Assembly (NCBI RefSeq): GCF_006345805.1
Contig: NC_043014.1
Location: 41,354,001 to 41,418,000 of the forward strand
DNA length: 64,000 nt
Source: Octopus sinensis
Taxonomy: Eukaryota
Direction: 5' to 3'
Below, piece by piece: positions 52,190-64,000 of the stretch (positions are counted from its first letter, which is position 1; every line of letters begins with the position of its first letter). The notes beneath the pieces are model-generated. The model saw only the letters and a program-made list of their open reading frames with translations. It made no database searches and was not told the DNA's origin. The position numbers and the translations under genes were made by a program.

Positions 52190-52808
52190 CATCTAGACCG
52201 AGTTTATGTGAGAAGCTTTGTATGTGGTCACTTGACTCGCTAGTCACGATATTGATACGAAGTTAGCAACGGTATTGTGAAGATATGAGCTTTTGGAGAA
52301 AGACGGTGATGAGATTCTGTTCTTCTTCTTCCAATCAAGACTCACGCCATTAGCCACAAAGAATAATCTCTAATTCGAGCCTACTCTAAGCTACTAAAAG
52401 TGCGTGTGGCAACTTGAAGATCCACCCACCACATGCGATAGACTGGCGGTTGCACGGGCGCGAAAGCTACGTTGTTATCCTCATTCCGTAAACGGTGGCT
52501 TTTAACGGGTGGAGAGCTGAACCATCCTGGGGTACAGAGGATTCACAATCTAGACTAGTGTCTGAAAGTTTACCACACCATAGTGGGTTGCACCATGGTT
52601 CCTCTGCTTCGTGGCAGAAGTAGGAAGAAAGAGTGAGAGAAAAAGTTGTGGTTAAGAGTACAGCGGGGTTCATCTCCCACTGCCGGAGCGTCGTGGAGCT
52701 TAGGTGTTTTTGCTCAATAAATACTCAATGTCCGGTCTGGGAATCGAAACTGCGTTCTTACGACCGCGAGTCCGCTGCCCTAACCACTGGGCCATTGCGC
52801 CTCCACAT
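52190..52808 (-). mobile_element. SINE-C head fused to a long third tail
   Basis: Head gtggaggcgcaatggcccagtggttagggcagcggactcgcggtc (ends about 52806). It then diverges from tails 1 and 2 after ctctcactctttcttcc. The distal boundary is approximate. Confidence 0.65.
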
Positions 52809-53819
52809 CTGCTGTTGTTGTGCTTTCTGTATTTATTCCAACGGTTAAATTGCATTTCTGGTGTTGGAGACTGATCTGGTATCGGTTTCTCCAATCCTTT
52901 TTGTTTCTTTTCTCTTTCTATTTTCCTCGTCATGTTTGATGGTATCAATACTAATGTTAAAGCGATGATTTTAAAGACGTATTTGTTGTGCTATAATTCA
53001 GACTATCAGTAGTGGCTGCGAAAGCGGCAACGGTGGCCTCGGCAGTGCTAGCGCTGGCGGCGGCAGCGGCGGTTTGTGGTAATGGTGGTGGTAGCAGTAG
53101 TGTGTGTTTATGATAATAACGATAGTGTTCATGTTCCCGCTCGTAGAGCGTTGGTGGGTGGCGGGGGCGTGAGGAGACGGTTGTGTTGTTCGGTGTAGTC
53201 AGCCTTTTATAGCTGGTGTTGAAGAGTTGTGACGGTAGTGGGGGGGGGGGGGCAGAGAGGGAGGAGGGGGTTATTGCGTATATATTTGTACGCTTTGTTG
53301 TCGACGGTGAATGTTATTGTTGTTGTTCTTCTTCTTGCTGGCCTTCTTGTTATTGTTGCTGTATTTGTTGCTAGTGGTAGTGGTGGTGGTGGTGGTGGTA
53401 GTGGAGGTGGTGGCGGTGGTGGTGGTGGTGATCGTTGATAATGGTGATGCTGTTTAGAGCCTGTCTATTCGGAGCCTTTTAGTCACTCCATCTTGGCAGC
53501 TGACTGTCAGCAGCTTCATTAAGAAAGCCCCCCCCCCCGACATCAAACAACAGCCTTCATTAAGATAGCTTCTAGAGTATTACTTTCATGTAATGGCTTA
53601 CTCGCTAATGGCTTGATCTCTGATTTTGCCAACATTATAGATTCTCTCTGCTCTCACTTACCTCCAGAATGGGGCGGCTAATCAGATATTTAAACAGACA
53701 CAAAACATATTATAATACACAAGGCTTATTATTATTATTAGCTCCACATTCTTCAAACTTTGGAGTCTTCAGTTCTTTGTGCTTTAACCAGGATTTTGAT
53801 ATGTTAGTCGGCATCTGTT

Positions 53820-54239
53820 AGCTTTCATCTATTGCTTGCTTCAGGCAATGGACAGCGGCCACGCTGGGGCATTGCTTTTGAATAGTTTAGCCGAGCGAAT
53901 CGACTCCAGTACTTATTTTTCAAGTGTGCTTATTCTTTAGTCGAACTGTTAAGTTGCGGGGGCGTGAACAAACCAACATCGGTTGTCAAGCAGCGGTGGA
54001 AACAAACACAACACAAAAACACACACACACATAAACATGTATGTATGTATGTATATATGTATGTTTGTATGTATGTATGTATGTATGTATATATGTATGT
54101 ATGTATGTATGTATGTTTGTATGTATGTATGTATGTATGTATGTATGTATGTTTGTATGTATGTATGTATGTATGTATATATGTATGTATGTACGTACGT
54201 AGGTATGGATGTATGTATGTATTTATGTATGTATGTATG

Positions 54240-54273
<34 letters not shown>

Positions 54274-54510
54274 CAGAGAGTGAGAGAGAGAGAAAGAGAG
54301 AGAGTTCAACGGTCTTATAAGCAGACAAGGTGCGTTGAATATAACCCTGCGTACCGTAACAACCACTGGTTTAAATTGGTATTAATCAAATTAATATCAA
54401 TTTTTGTATCCTTAATATATATCTAAATTTATACATATAGATATAGATGGCGCATTAGCAATTTACGATGTAAAGTCCAATTTATAGATGCCATACAGAC
54501 ACACACACAC

Positions 54511-54568
<58 letters not shown>

Positions 54569-54700
54569 CGATCCTCTACCAGGTTTCTGGTTGGCCGGAG
54601 CTAAAGTGGAAGACACTTGACCAAGGTACCACCCAGAGGAACTAAACCCGTAGACCACATAGTACGGAGACAAGCTTCTGAACCACACAGCCACACCTGC
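53820..54700 (-). mobile_element. SINE family A halves around an expanded (TATG)n/(TA)n hinge
   Basis: 3' half at about 53820-54010 and 5' half at about 54570-54700 (ggtgtggctgtgtggttcagaagcttg on the minus strand). Confidence 0.55.
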
Positions 54701-54996
54701 TGAAATTTCATATCTCTTCTTATATATTTCAATTCTGGATAGGTCTACCCATGTACTATATCACAAGAACACACACCCATAGTGTTTGTTTTGTCAGCCC
54801 AGAAGGGAGCATTGCCTAACAAGCCGTTGCTTCTAAGAATGTTAAAGTGTCAAGCTGAAAATCCTCATTTAGTCAATAACGTATGATTAAACCGGTGGTT
54901 CTATTGACAGGAAGATCTTATTAAAGTCATTTGTTTATTTAGCACCAGGAAATCATAGAATACCTGTGGCATATCTCACACTGTAAAACAACTCAC

Positions 54997-55110
54997 CAGC
55001 ATCCGCACGCGCGCACAGATAATGTACTAATGAGACATTTATGGTGAAACATAAGATTCCCAAGAGTATATAAGCAATCTTCTTTCCTCTAATCAATTCC
55101 AGATACACCG
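54997..55110 (-). other. Candidate signal-peptide-like exon (114 nt, phase 1-1)
   Basis: Reads VYLELIRGKKIAYILLGILCFTINVSLVHYLCARADA with donor CTG|gtgagt. The acceptor is weak and there is no in-frame ATG. Confidence 0.2.
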
Positions 55111-55596
55111 CTGAGTCTTAATTATGAGTTGATTATTTAACAAGGAGTAAATTAATCACTTTTTTTGCTTAATCTTTTCTCACCAATAGAGCACAGCGAT
55201 GGTATTTCCCGCAACCTTTTCCAGACAGTTATAATTTTCTCGATGATACATACATACATACATACATACATACATACATACATACATACATACATACATA
55301 CATACATACACTCACACACACGCACATACATATACAGACAGACAGATACATGTATAAACATATACACACACACACAGCGATATATATATATATATGTGTG
55401 GTGTGTGTGTGTGTGTATAGATAGATAAAGCACGATTTATTCATGCTCAGAGTTGTTCGGAAACCGAGGTACCACTGTATATATTTACGCACACACACAC
55501 ACACATTAATCTATCCATATCTGTCATCTCTCTACTTTTCTATCTTCATCTATATGTGTGTGTGTATGCATGCATACATACATATATATGTACGTT

Positions 55597-55639
<43 letters not shown>

Positions 55640-56009
55640 ATGTATGTATGCATGTATATATATATATTATATTATAAACTCACACATACACGCACTGCCA
55701 CACACACACGACACATGTATGCAAAGTAAGAAAGATTATCAAACCTGAGACATTATCGAACCATTTACAAAACAGGAAGTTATTAGCAAAATAATAAATA
55801 TTCATTCATTTCCTTGTTCAATCCTTCCTCTGTCACCACCCAACCGAAACCGTCTTTGCCACATGAATGCTAGTTAATTAAGTTAAGAGATGTTATACAG
55901 AATGCTGTACCCCCAAAATATTCTCATTTAACGGAATTTTTTTTCTCTTAGCCAGAAATTGAATAAATAAATTAATAAATAGATAAACAAAAATATTGGT
56001 TGTGTGGCT

Positions 56010-57055
56010 AAGAAGCTTGTTTCTCAACCATGTGATCTTGAGTTCAGTCCTAAATGCGCACTTATCTTCTACTATAGCCACGAGCCGACAAAAACTTTAC
56101 GAATGGGTTTGGTAAAGAGAAACTGAAAGATAGCCATCGTATATATATATACCTATTTCTTTATTACCCACAAGGGGCTAAACACAGAGAGGACAAACAA
56201 GGACAGACAAGCGGATTAAGTCGATTATATCGACCTCAGTGCGTAACTGGTACTTATTTAATCAACCCCGAAAAGATGAAAGGCAAAGTCGACCTCGGCG
56301 GAATTTGAACTCAGAACGTAGCGACAAACGAAATATCTATTTCTTTACTACCCACAAGGGGCTAAACACAGAGAGGACAAACAAGGACAGACAAATGGAT
56401 TAAGTCGATTATATCGACCACAGTGCGTAACTGGTACTTGATTTATCGACCCCGAAAGAATGAAAAGCAAAGTCGACCTCGGCGGAATTTGAACTCAGAA
56501 CGTAGTGGCAGACGAAATATCTATTTCTTTACTACCCACAAGGGGCTAAAACACAGGAGGACAAACAAGGACAGACAAACGGATTAAGTCGATTATATCG
56601 ACCCCAGTGCGTAACTGGTACTTATTTAATCGACCCCGAAAGGATGAAAGGCAAAGTCGACCTTGGCGGAATTTGAACTCAGAACGTAGCGGCAGACGAA
56701 ATATCGCTAGGCATTCCGCCCGGCGTGCTAACGACTCTGCCAGCTCGTCGCCTTATATATACCACTGTGTGTTTGTGTGTGTGTGTATGTTTGTGTGTGT
56801 GTGTGTCTGTGTGTGTGTGTGTGTGTGTCTGTTGTGTGTGTGTGTGTGTGTATTTCTGCTTGACCTCCACAGCTGCTAGACAATCGGTGTTGGCGTGTTT
56901 ATATCCTCGTAACTTTGCGGTTTGGCAAATTTGTCGATAAACTAATACCACACCTTAAAATAATGTGTACTGGGTTTGATTTGTTCTACTGAAAGAAGCC
57001 ATCGAACTGCTGCTATAACATGACCGCAGTCCAATAACTGAAACAAGCATAAGAT
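56010..57055 (+). mobile_element. Old SINE family A copy interrupted by a SINE-B concatemer
   Basis: 5' part 56010-56153 (ggttgtgtggctaagaagcttg...gaaactgaaaga) and 3' part 56764-57055 (...tgaccgcagtccaataactgaaacaag). Confidence 0.75.
56154..56753 (-). mobile_element. Second SINE-B concatemer: one head plus three 184-bp body units
   Basis: Units 56154-56337, 56338-56521 and 56522-56705; head 56706-56753. TSD tatatatacc at 56144-56153 and 56754-56763. Confidence 0.92.
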
Positions 57056-57869
57056 AAATAAATGATTAAGATTAGTGTCGGCTGTTTGTGACTCTTAATG
57101 AAAAGGGGAGATAATTTCAACCAATTAAGAGTTAATTTCACAGAATTAGTTTATACGCCTAAGAGAAAATATAATTACTGTTTACAAGCAAGAGACATCC
57201 ATAGACTTGTTTTGAGTTTATTGCCGATAGGTTTCTGATTCCTCTCTCCAACAAAAGAGAAAATGCTAATTAACGTATTAAATATTTGCTGAAGTTAATA
57301 GGGTATATCAGCCCTTAATTATTTATCAAAATTCATGCTATTGGCCAACGTGCGTTATTTCCTTGAGCATATTTTTTTTTTTTTTTAATTAAAGCTGTTA
57401 ATTCTCAAATTTTCTGATCCCACCCTTTTCAAACACGCTCGCGCGCGCCTTTTCTGTGGTATTTTCCCTTCCTTCTTTGTCACATATGTACCCCACATTT
57501 TATCTCTTTTCTTCCGCATCTCCTGTCAACGTAGTTTTCTCTCATGTGTCAAACAGCTTGTTATTTTACGTTTAATCGCCCACATCCGTTTCGCATAATT
57601 TTGCAAATATCCTTTTTCCTGAACATCTTATAAACCCCCATCCATCCGTTCATGCATGCATCCATCCATCTATCCACCGATCAGTGTACATTTTTCTCTA
57701 ATATTACATCAATATTCATAATCTTTCTTTCAAAAGAAAACACAAAAATAAAGACAATTTAAAAAATATTCACCAGCGTATTTTTGTTCAATGAGCCAAA
57801 GCGAGAACATCTTAGAGGTCACTGGATCTACAAGAAATAGCAACCAAATCTTTTCCATTGAACATTCAC

Positions 57870-58040
57870 GTAGGCGTAGGAGTGGCTGTGTGGCAAGTAG
57901 CTTGCTTACCAACCACATGGTTCTGGGTTCATTCCCACTGCGTGGCACCTTGGGCAAAGTGTCTTCTACTATAGCCACGGGCCGACCAAAGTCTTGTGAG
58001 TGGATTTGGTTGACGGAAACTGAAAGAAGCCCGTCGTATA
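57870..58040 (+). mobile_element. SINE family A, 5' half ending in (TA)n
   Basis: ggcgtaggagtggctgtgtggcaagtagcttgcttaccaaccacatgg...ggaaactgaaagaagcccgtcgtata. Confidence 0.88.
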
Positions 58041-58046
58041 TATGTA

Positions 58047-58102
<56 letters not shown>

Positions 58103-58332
58103 ATGTATCTTCTTCTTCTTGTTATTGGCGCGGTGACAAATAAAAGAAATCGTCGTCGTCGTCGTGGTCATCATCATCAGCATCATCATCATCGTTTTGT
58201 TGCTGTTGTTGTTGTTATGATTCGTAATGGTTATCGATTCATTCAACCTTGGTTCTGCTTTCTGGCCAAATATTTCCTTGACATCATCGTAGTCGTTGAT
58301 TCTGTTGTTGTTGTTGCTGCTGCTGCTGCTGC

Positions 58333-58366
<34 letters not shown>

Positions 58367-59018
58367 AGCCTTATAATCTTACAATACAATTTTTTATTTA
58401 TAGACGAGCATTCACTGAGTTTGACTTCAAGTCCCTTCCAGGTGTTCATGATTTCAGTTAATGGAAAATCTCTGGCACAATGGTTTATTTAGTCGAAAAC
58501 AATATTTACTTCAGCCGTTGTTGATATCTGTATCAATTTCACAGCCTCTTTCCTCTGAAAATAGCAACAGTTCTTCCTTTTTCTCTTTATGGCCTTTAAA
58601 GCTAGAATGGTTTCCTTCAGTCTCTGTTGATTTTTGCCGTTATCTAACATCTGTTAGCTTAGCTCCGCTATTTTTAAAGCGCAAAGATGGCCAAAAGAAC
58701 TCTGATTCTTCACGTCTTTCACGATCATAACTCTAAACACATTTACTCACTTCGACAAGTCAATAACCAGCTTTTTGCACTTCAAACATATTGAAATTAA
58801 GAGGAATCCCTTACAATTAATAAAAGGCAACTGTTAGCTTTCTCTTGTCTATTTTATTTCTATCTAAGTTCAGAGTAGTTGTATAGTTGCCTGCTCTATA
58901 AACAGAACAAATCAAAGCTTTCAGCAAATGGAAAAGAAAACCCTACTCCAAACTAACTTATCTGTTCCTCCGAATGTGTGTGTAAAATTAAATGCATGTA
59001 TATATGTATATATTTATT

Positions 59019-59357
59019 AGTGAAGACGCGTGGCTTAGTGGTTAGGGCATTCGGCTCATGGTTGTAAGGTCGTGAGTTCAATTCCCGGCGTTGCATTGTG
59101 TCCTTGAGCAAGACATTTTATTTCACGTTGCTCCAGTCCACTCAGCTGGCAAAAATGACTCGTACCTATATTTGAAAGGGCCGGCCTTGTCACACTCTGT
59201 GTCACGCTGAAGCTCCCTGAGAACTATGTTAGGAGTACACGTGTCTGTGGATTGCACAGTCACTTGCACGTTAATTTCACGAGCAAGCTGTTCCATTGAT
59301 CGTATGAGCTGGGACCCTCGTCGTCGTAACCGACGGTGTGCTCCAGAAAGAAGAAGG
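59019..59357 (+). mobile_element. SINE with CORE-like head and tail 2; 9-bp TSD
   Basis: gacgcgtggcttagtggttaggg...gtgagttcaattccc, ttgtgtccttgagcaagacat...gctccagtccactcagctggcaaaaatg, then the same tail as 22781-23168. TSD atatttatt at 59010-59018 and 59358-59366. Confidence 0.85.
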
Positions 59358-59377
59358 ATATTTATTCGTACATATAG

Positions 59378-59545
59378 AGGGTGTGGATGTATGGTAAAAA
59401 GCTTGCTTTCCAACAACGTAGTTTTAGGTTCAGTCTCACTGCGCAGCAATTTGGGAAAGTGTCTTCTACTATAGGCCTCGGTCCTACCAATGCCTTGCAG
59501 TGGACTTGGTGGACGGAAACCGAAAGAAGCCCGTCGTATATGTAT
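59378..59545 (+). mobile_element. SINE family A, 5' half
   Basis: ggtgtggatgtatggtaaaaagcttgctttcc...gaaagtgtcttctactatag...ggacggaaaccgaaagaagcccgtcg. Confidence 0.8.
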
Positions 59546-61237
59546 ATATATTGGTATGACATTAAACTACAATTCGGTGGTGAGGGTCCAGTTCGGGTGT
59601 TCTGGTGTTGGGGGATTGAAGTCAGCTTTTAATTACCATCACTGCCAGGTCCGTTTTGATCCCGGAACGCTGGTACATGTCAAGGTGCCGTCTATAGGTG
59701 AAAGAGAACTTAACACAGGTGGATTGAGCTCTTTAGTTTCGGTGAAAAGCAAACTTATCGCAAAAACAAAACAAAAAACTTACAGACAGCGCCACTCCAA
59801 CATATATATATATATAGTATTATATAATAGACGCAATACATGTTTTGAAGTGCTTCTAAGCCACTAATAGTTTCTTGTACTGAGAACATGCAAAATATTG
59901 AATTATAACGTGTAGTATCTCCGCACAGTCATCAGGCACAAACCACATAGCATAACGAACTAAAAATTGAATGAGAGAAGCATATAGAAAACAGAATCCC
60001 TGAACGGTCGAGAGTTTAGTGCAGTGGCACTTGTCAAACTAGTTTTTTCCTATTATTAGGATTACCTTTATATAGGCTGGCTAAAATGAGAGATATAATT
60101 TTCTGGATTGTTCTAGAATAAATTATAAAATCAACTACAAGGTCACGTGAATAATGCAGAAAATAACCTAAACGTACACATACATAGAGAATGTTGTGTT
60201 TTAAGTTTTTATATGTCCTTGTGTCTGCGTATAATGTATAAGTGTGATAAAGACTGTTAATAATTATATAATTAATCTAAATTATAAACTTCATAATTCA
60301 TACAATAATTCAGAACCACTCTACTGAAAATACATAAACCTCATTAACATCAAATCACCGTTTTTTTTTAATAACCTGACGTATATGCACACACACATTT
60401 AGACATACATGCATGTATGCGTATATACACTTGCAAGATGTAACCTTAAAGATTTTCCAGCAGACGGGAGAGATGTCGCTAGCAAAACCTGAAATACAGT
60501 TAAAATTTTCGAAGAAGTGGTAAAACTGTAACGGTAATGGTGACGTTGAAAATACATTTATACACTGTCAGTTCAAACAGAATGGAAATTAAAGGGAGAA
60601 AGAAGAAGATTTTAAAACACATTCAGAATTAGAATTATCCGATTCCTTGAAATTATTCAGATTTCAATCATGTTATCTGATATTATTAACCTTACAACAA
60701 TCAATGTTCAGCGATTTATATTCAATCCTATAAATCTTATAATCGGTTCTTTAAATCTTACAATCAAATCTTAATCATTCGTGCTAATCAATTATCAAAT
60801 CTTATGGTTACATTTTCTTTATCCATTAATTTATCTGTTTAATCTACTTTTCTATTTTTCATAAGGTTAACTTGTTTTCACTGTAATATGCTGCAAGGTA
60901 AACCGTCTCCGTCTTCTGAAAAATTTCACTTAAATATCTTGTTCTTCTTTTCTGTGTACAGGAAAACGGATTTGCGCAAGCGGTTTCGAGTCTCATTAGA
61001 TTCTCTTCGATCGCTTTACCAGCGAAAAAAAAATAAAGCTAAAATCTTTAGAAAGTGATTATGTGTAATAATATTGTTCAAACGATTTGTATGCTTTGCT
61101 TAAATAATGTTTTCTTGGTACAATACAGTGACTATTCCGGTGTGTGCCAAAAACATTTTCACTAAGGAGTCCACTTCTGAGATAACAAGGAATAAACGAT
61201 GTTTAGTGCATAATAAACTATCTGTCGCACCAAGAAT

Positions 61238-61270
<33 letters not shown>

Positions 61271-62517
61271 CATACATACATACATACATACATACATACA
61301 TACACACACGCACATACATACATACATACACACACACACGCACATACATACATACATACATACATACATACATACACACATACATACAGTTCCCAAGATA
61401 CACTCTCAGCTTCATACATACTGTTACTGGAGCAACATTATACATAACGACCCGTCTGGAGCAAAGTATGGCTGAACTTGGGATCTTGGAGAGATAATGC
61501 AAATCCTTAATTCATACACTATAAAATGATGACGATACCTTCTTGGACTATAAAAATCTTCAAGATCTTCTTAAGATTTAAAGAGTGATGTTTAAAGCGA
61601 GATGCCTTCCTTCTCAACCTTGCGACTAAGTATGCGGCCAGTCAAAATTTATTGTAACTTCAAAACAGAATGAGAACATAGACACACATGCATGCAACCC
61701 CCCCATCCCCACACACTTATTGTTGTTGTTGCTGTTGTTGTTGCTGTTGTTGTTGTTAAGCAACAAAACAGGTAAGGGTGATTAGGTGATGGTCTAGGGC
61801 TTAGGGGCGGAGACCCCAGACCTTGGAAAAAAAACCAAAAACTTTGGTCGTCTTGTTGCAGTCAAGGGCTCTTCGTTGACGCCTGACACCACTGGGAGGT
61901 GGCCCTCGAAGTTACTGGAAACGGAGATCTCAAGGTCCAAATTCTTGGACGGCTGTTGTTGCTGTTGTTATCGTTGTCCTTTAGATACAGGTCACTCACA
62001 GTCAAGCAGACTTGTGACAACCCAGCTTTTCCTTTGATATTCTTTTTAAAAAATGAAACATAAATTATGGAGGCTCATATCGTAAAAAAGCAGTTATTGG
62101 AAAGCACGTTGCCTTGTGGTTAGAGTGTGCACCCACGATCTTAATATCGCGGTTTCCATTCCTGGATCAGGCAGTGGTTTGTGTTCTCGAGCAAAGCATT
62201 TCATTTGACGTTGTTCTAACCCTTTCAACCGTAAATGAATCCCACCAATATCTGGAAGGCTACACACCGGCTTTCTGTTCAATGGAGATGGGCATTGGGG
62301 GTCGTAGTCTCAGTCATTTATACACCATGGAAACCAATTTTAAACTACAAAGTTTTACGCTCTAGACCTTATGACAGACCTAACCCTGAGCTAAACCTGA
62401 CAGTTATGACGATTTAGCTACTACATCTAGCAGGTCTGGCACCCAATTAGAGTTCCGTTTATTCGTTCGTTATATATTGTTTGATAATCAGAAGTAATAA
62501 ATAATCAGAATATATTT

Positions 62518-62752
62518 ATATTTCATTACTGCCCACAAGGGGCTAAACACAGAAAGGACAAACAAGGACAGACAAAGGGATTAAGTCGATTACATCGACT
62601 CCAGTGTGTAACTGGTACTTATTTAATCGACCCCGAAAGGATGAAAGGCAAAGTCGACCTCGGCGGAATTTGAACTCAGAACGTAGCGGCAGACGAAATA
62701 CCGCTTAGCATTTCGCCCGGCGTGCTAACGTTTCTGCCAAGCTTGCCGCCTT
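62518..62752 (-). mobile_element. SINE family B monomer (tail alpha) with 17-bp TSD
   Basis: Full B consensus. TSD aataatcagaatatatt at 62500-62516 and 62753-62769. Confidence 0.92.
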
Positions 62753-63814
62753 AATAATCAGAATATATTATTGGCTTCTAATTCCTATTTCATTGGGTCG
62801 AGTTTGTATTTTCTCTTTTGTATTCTATTTTAAAAATTAAAATCGTTTGTATCGGATTTGACACATCATGTGTGTGTGTGTATGTGTGCAAGTGGGGGTG
62901 AGTGAGTATATGCATATTTATTTATATTTTGATTTGTCTTATGAACTAAATGTACACATAAACAATACACTCATTCATCTGTATGTGTCTTTTGACAACT
63001 ATCCGATTTTAATGATGTTGATAATTATCCAATAATTACCTTTTAATAATTATCTAATCATAAAACAATATGTATGTGTATGTGTATGCATGGATATGTA
63101 TATATATGCAAATAGACTAATTGATATATACACACACACACACACACATATACATATATATATCTATATATATATGTATATATGTATGTATGTATGTATG
63201 TATCTTTGTATGTATGTATGTATGTATGTATGTATGTATGCATGTATGTATGTGTGTATATATGCATCTAGCTTATTTGCATATCTCATTAGTTAGTTTA
63301 GGTAGACTATTATGTATGCATTAAACAACTTGTGTACATTATTCGAATTAAGAGTTTGATATTTGCTATTGATTCAATAGTGGTAACACGCTATCTTAAA
63401 AGTAGTAACAGTGTGGTGTATGTTACAATATGAAAACTAGCGTTTATATTTTCGATAGTTTTGACATGAAATGAAGTCATCGTTATCTTGAAGTAACTGA
63501 ACATAATTTGAGACATGATCGTAGAAAGTTTAAAGGAAAAGGGTTATTTCGTTCATATTCACACGGACACACTCTAGCTCTTCCCATCCTTCTCTCTGTC
63601 TCACACACACACATACACTCAGGCACACAGACACGTACAGACACACGCATTCGATAAATGGGACACGTGGAACTCGGTGTGACAATTTAAGAGCTTGGAA
63701 AGCCTAATCAAATTTTTATTAGTCATTGTGTCTATTGAGAGAAGCATTTCTCTTTCTAATAGTGTGTGGAGAGAGAGAGAGAGGGGGGAGAGGAGATGAG
63801 GGGGAGGGAGAAAG

Positions 63815-64000
63815 AGAGAGAGAAATTGAAGACAGGTAGACAGACAGTGTGTATGAGAGAGAGAGAGAGAATTGAAGACAGGTAGACAGCCTGTGTATGA
63901 GAGGAGAGAGAGAAATTGAAGACAGGAACAGACAGTGTGTATTAGAGAGAGAGAGAGAAATGAAGACAGGTTGACAGACAGTGTGTATGAGAAAGAGAGA
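63815..64000. repeat. Minisatellite of about 40-45 bp units, at least 4 copies, running off the window
   Basis: Unit approximately (ga)n-aattgaagacaggtagacagacagtgtgtatga. Confidence 0.88.

Noticed and set aside
56154-56753. CRISPR-like or ribozyme-containing tandem array
   Set aside because: There are no unique spacers, the units are SINE bodies, and I found no CUGANGA...GAAA hammerhead core on either strand of the unit.

Overview
AT-rich, microsatellite-saturated eukaryotic genomic DNA with one 100-N scaffold gap (46718-46817). The repeat repertoire ((TA)n/(TATG)n/(ATT)n tracts and several tRNA-headed SINE families) points to an octopus genome; this is inference from repeat content, not a database match. 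Almost all ORFs in the supplied track are simple-repeat or SINE artefacts. The best-supported gene is on the minus strand: a TM + CCCKK exon (41422 to 41240 or 41207) spliced in phase 1 to a Pro/Ser/Tyr-rich terminal exon (28367-28108), with a plausible first coding exon at 43212-43131. It predicts a small single-pass membrane protein with Shisa/CYYR1/WBP1-like architecture. A possible terminal exon of a plus-strand gene lies at 1233-1342. The rest is a dense set of mobile elements: SINE families that I label A, B and C plus a CORE-like head, decayed RTE and CR1/L2 LINEs, maT (DD37D) and mariner relics, MITEs, a long-TIR foldback element and a Helitron-like 5' end. The most unusual structures are two independent 'one head + three bodies' SINE-B concatemers, each inside a single TSD pair and sharing the same junction; fold-back hairpins of SINE-A in the gene's intron; and head/tail-swapped SINE mosaics. 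No rRNA, intact tRNA or CRISPR array is supported. Family labels A/B/C are mine, and most repeat boundaries are approximate.
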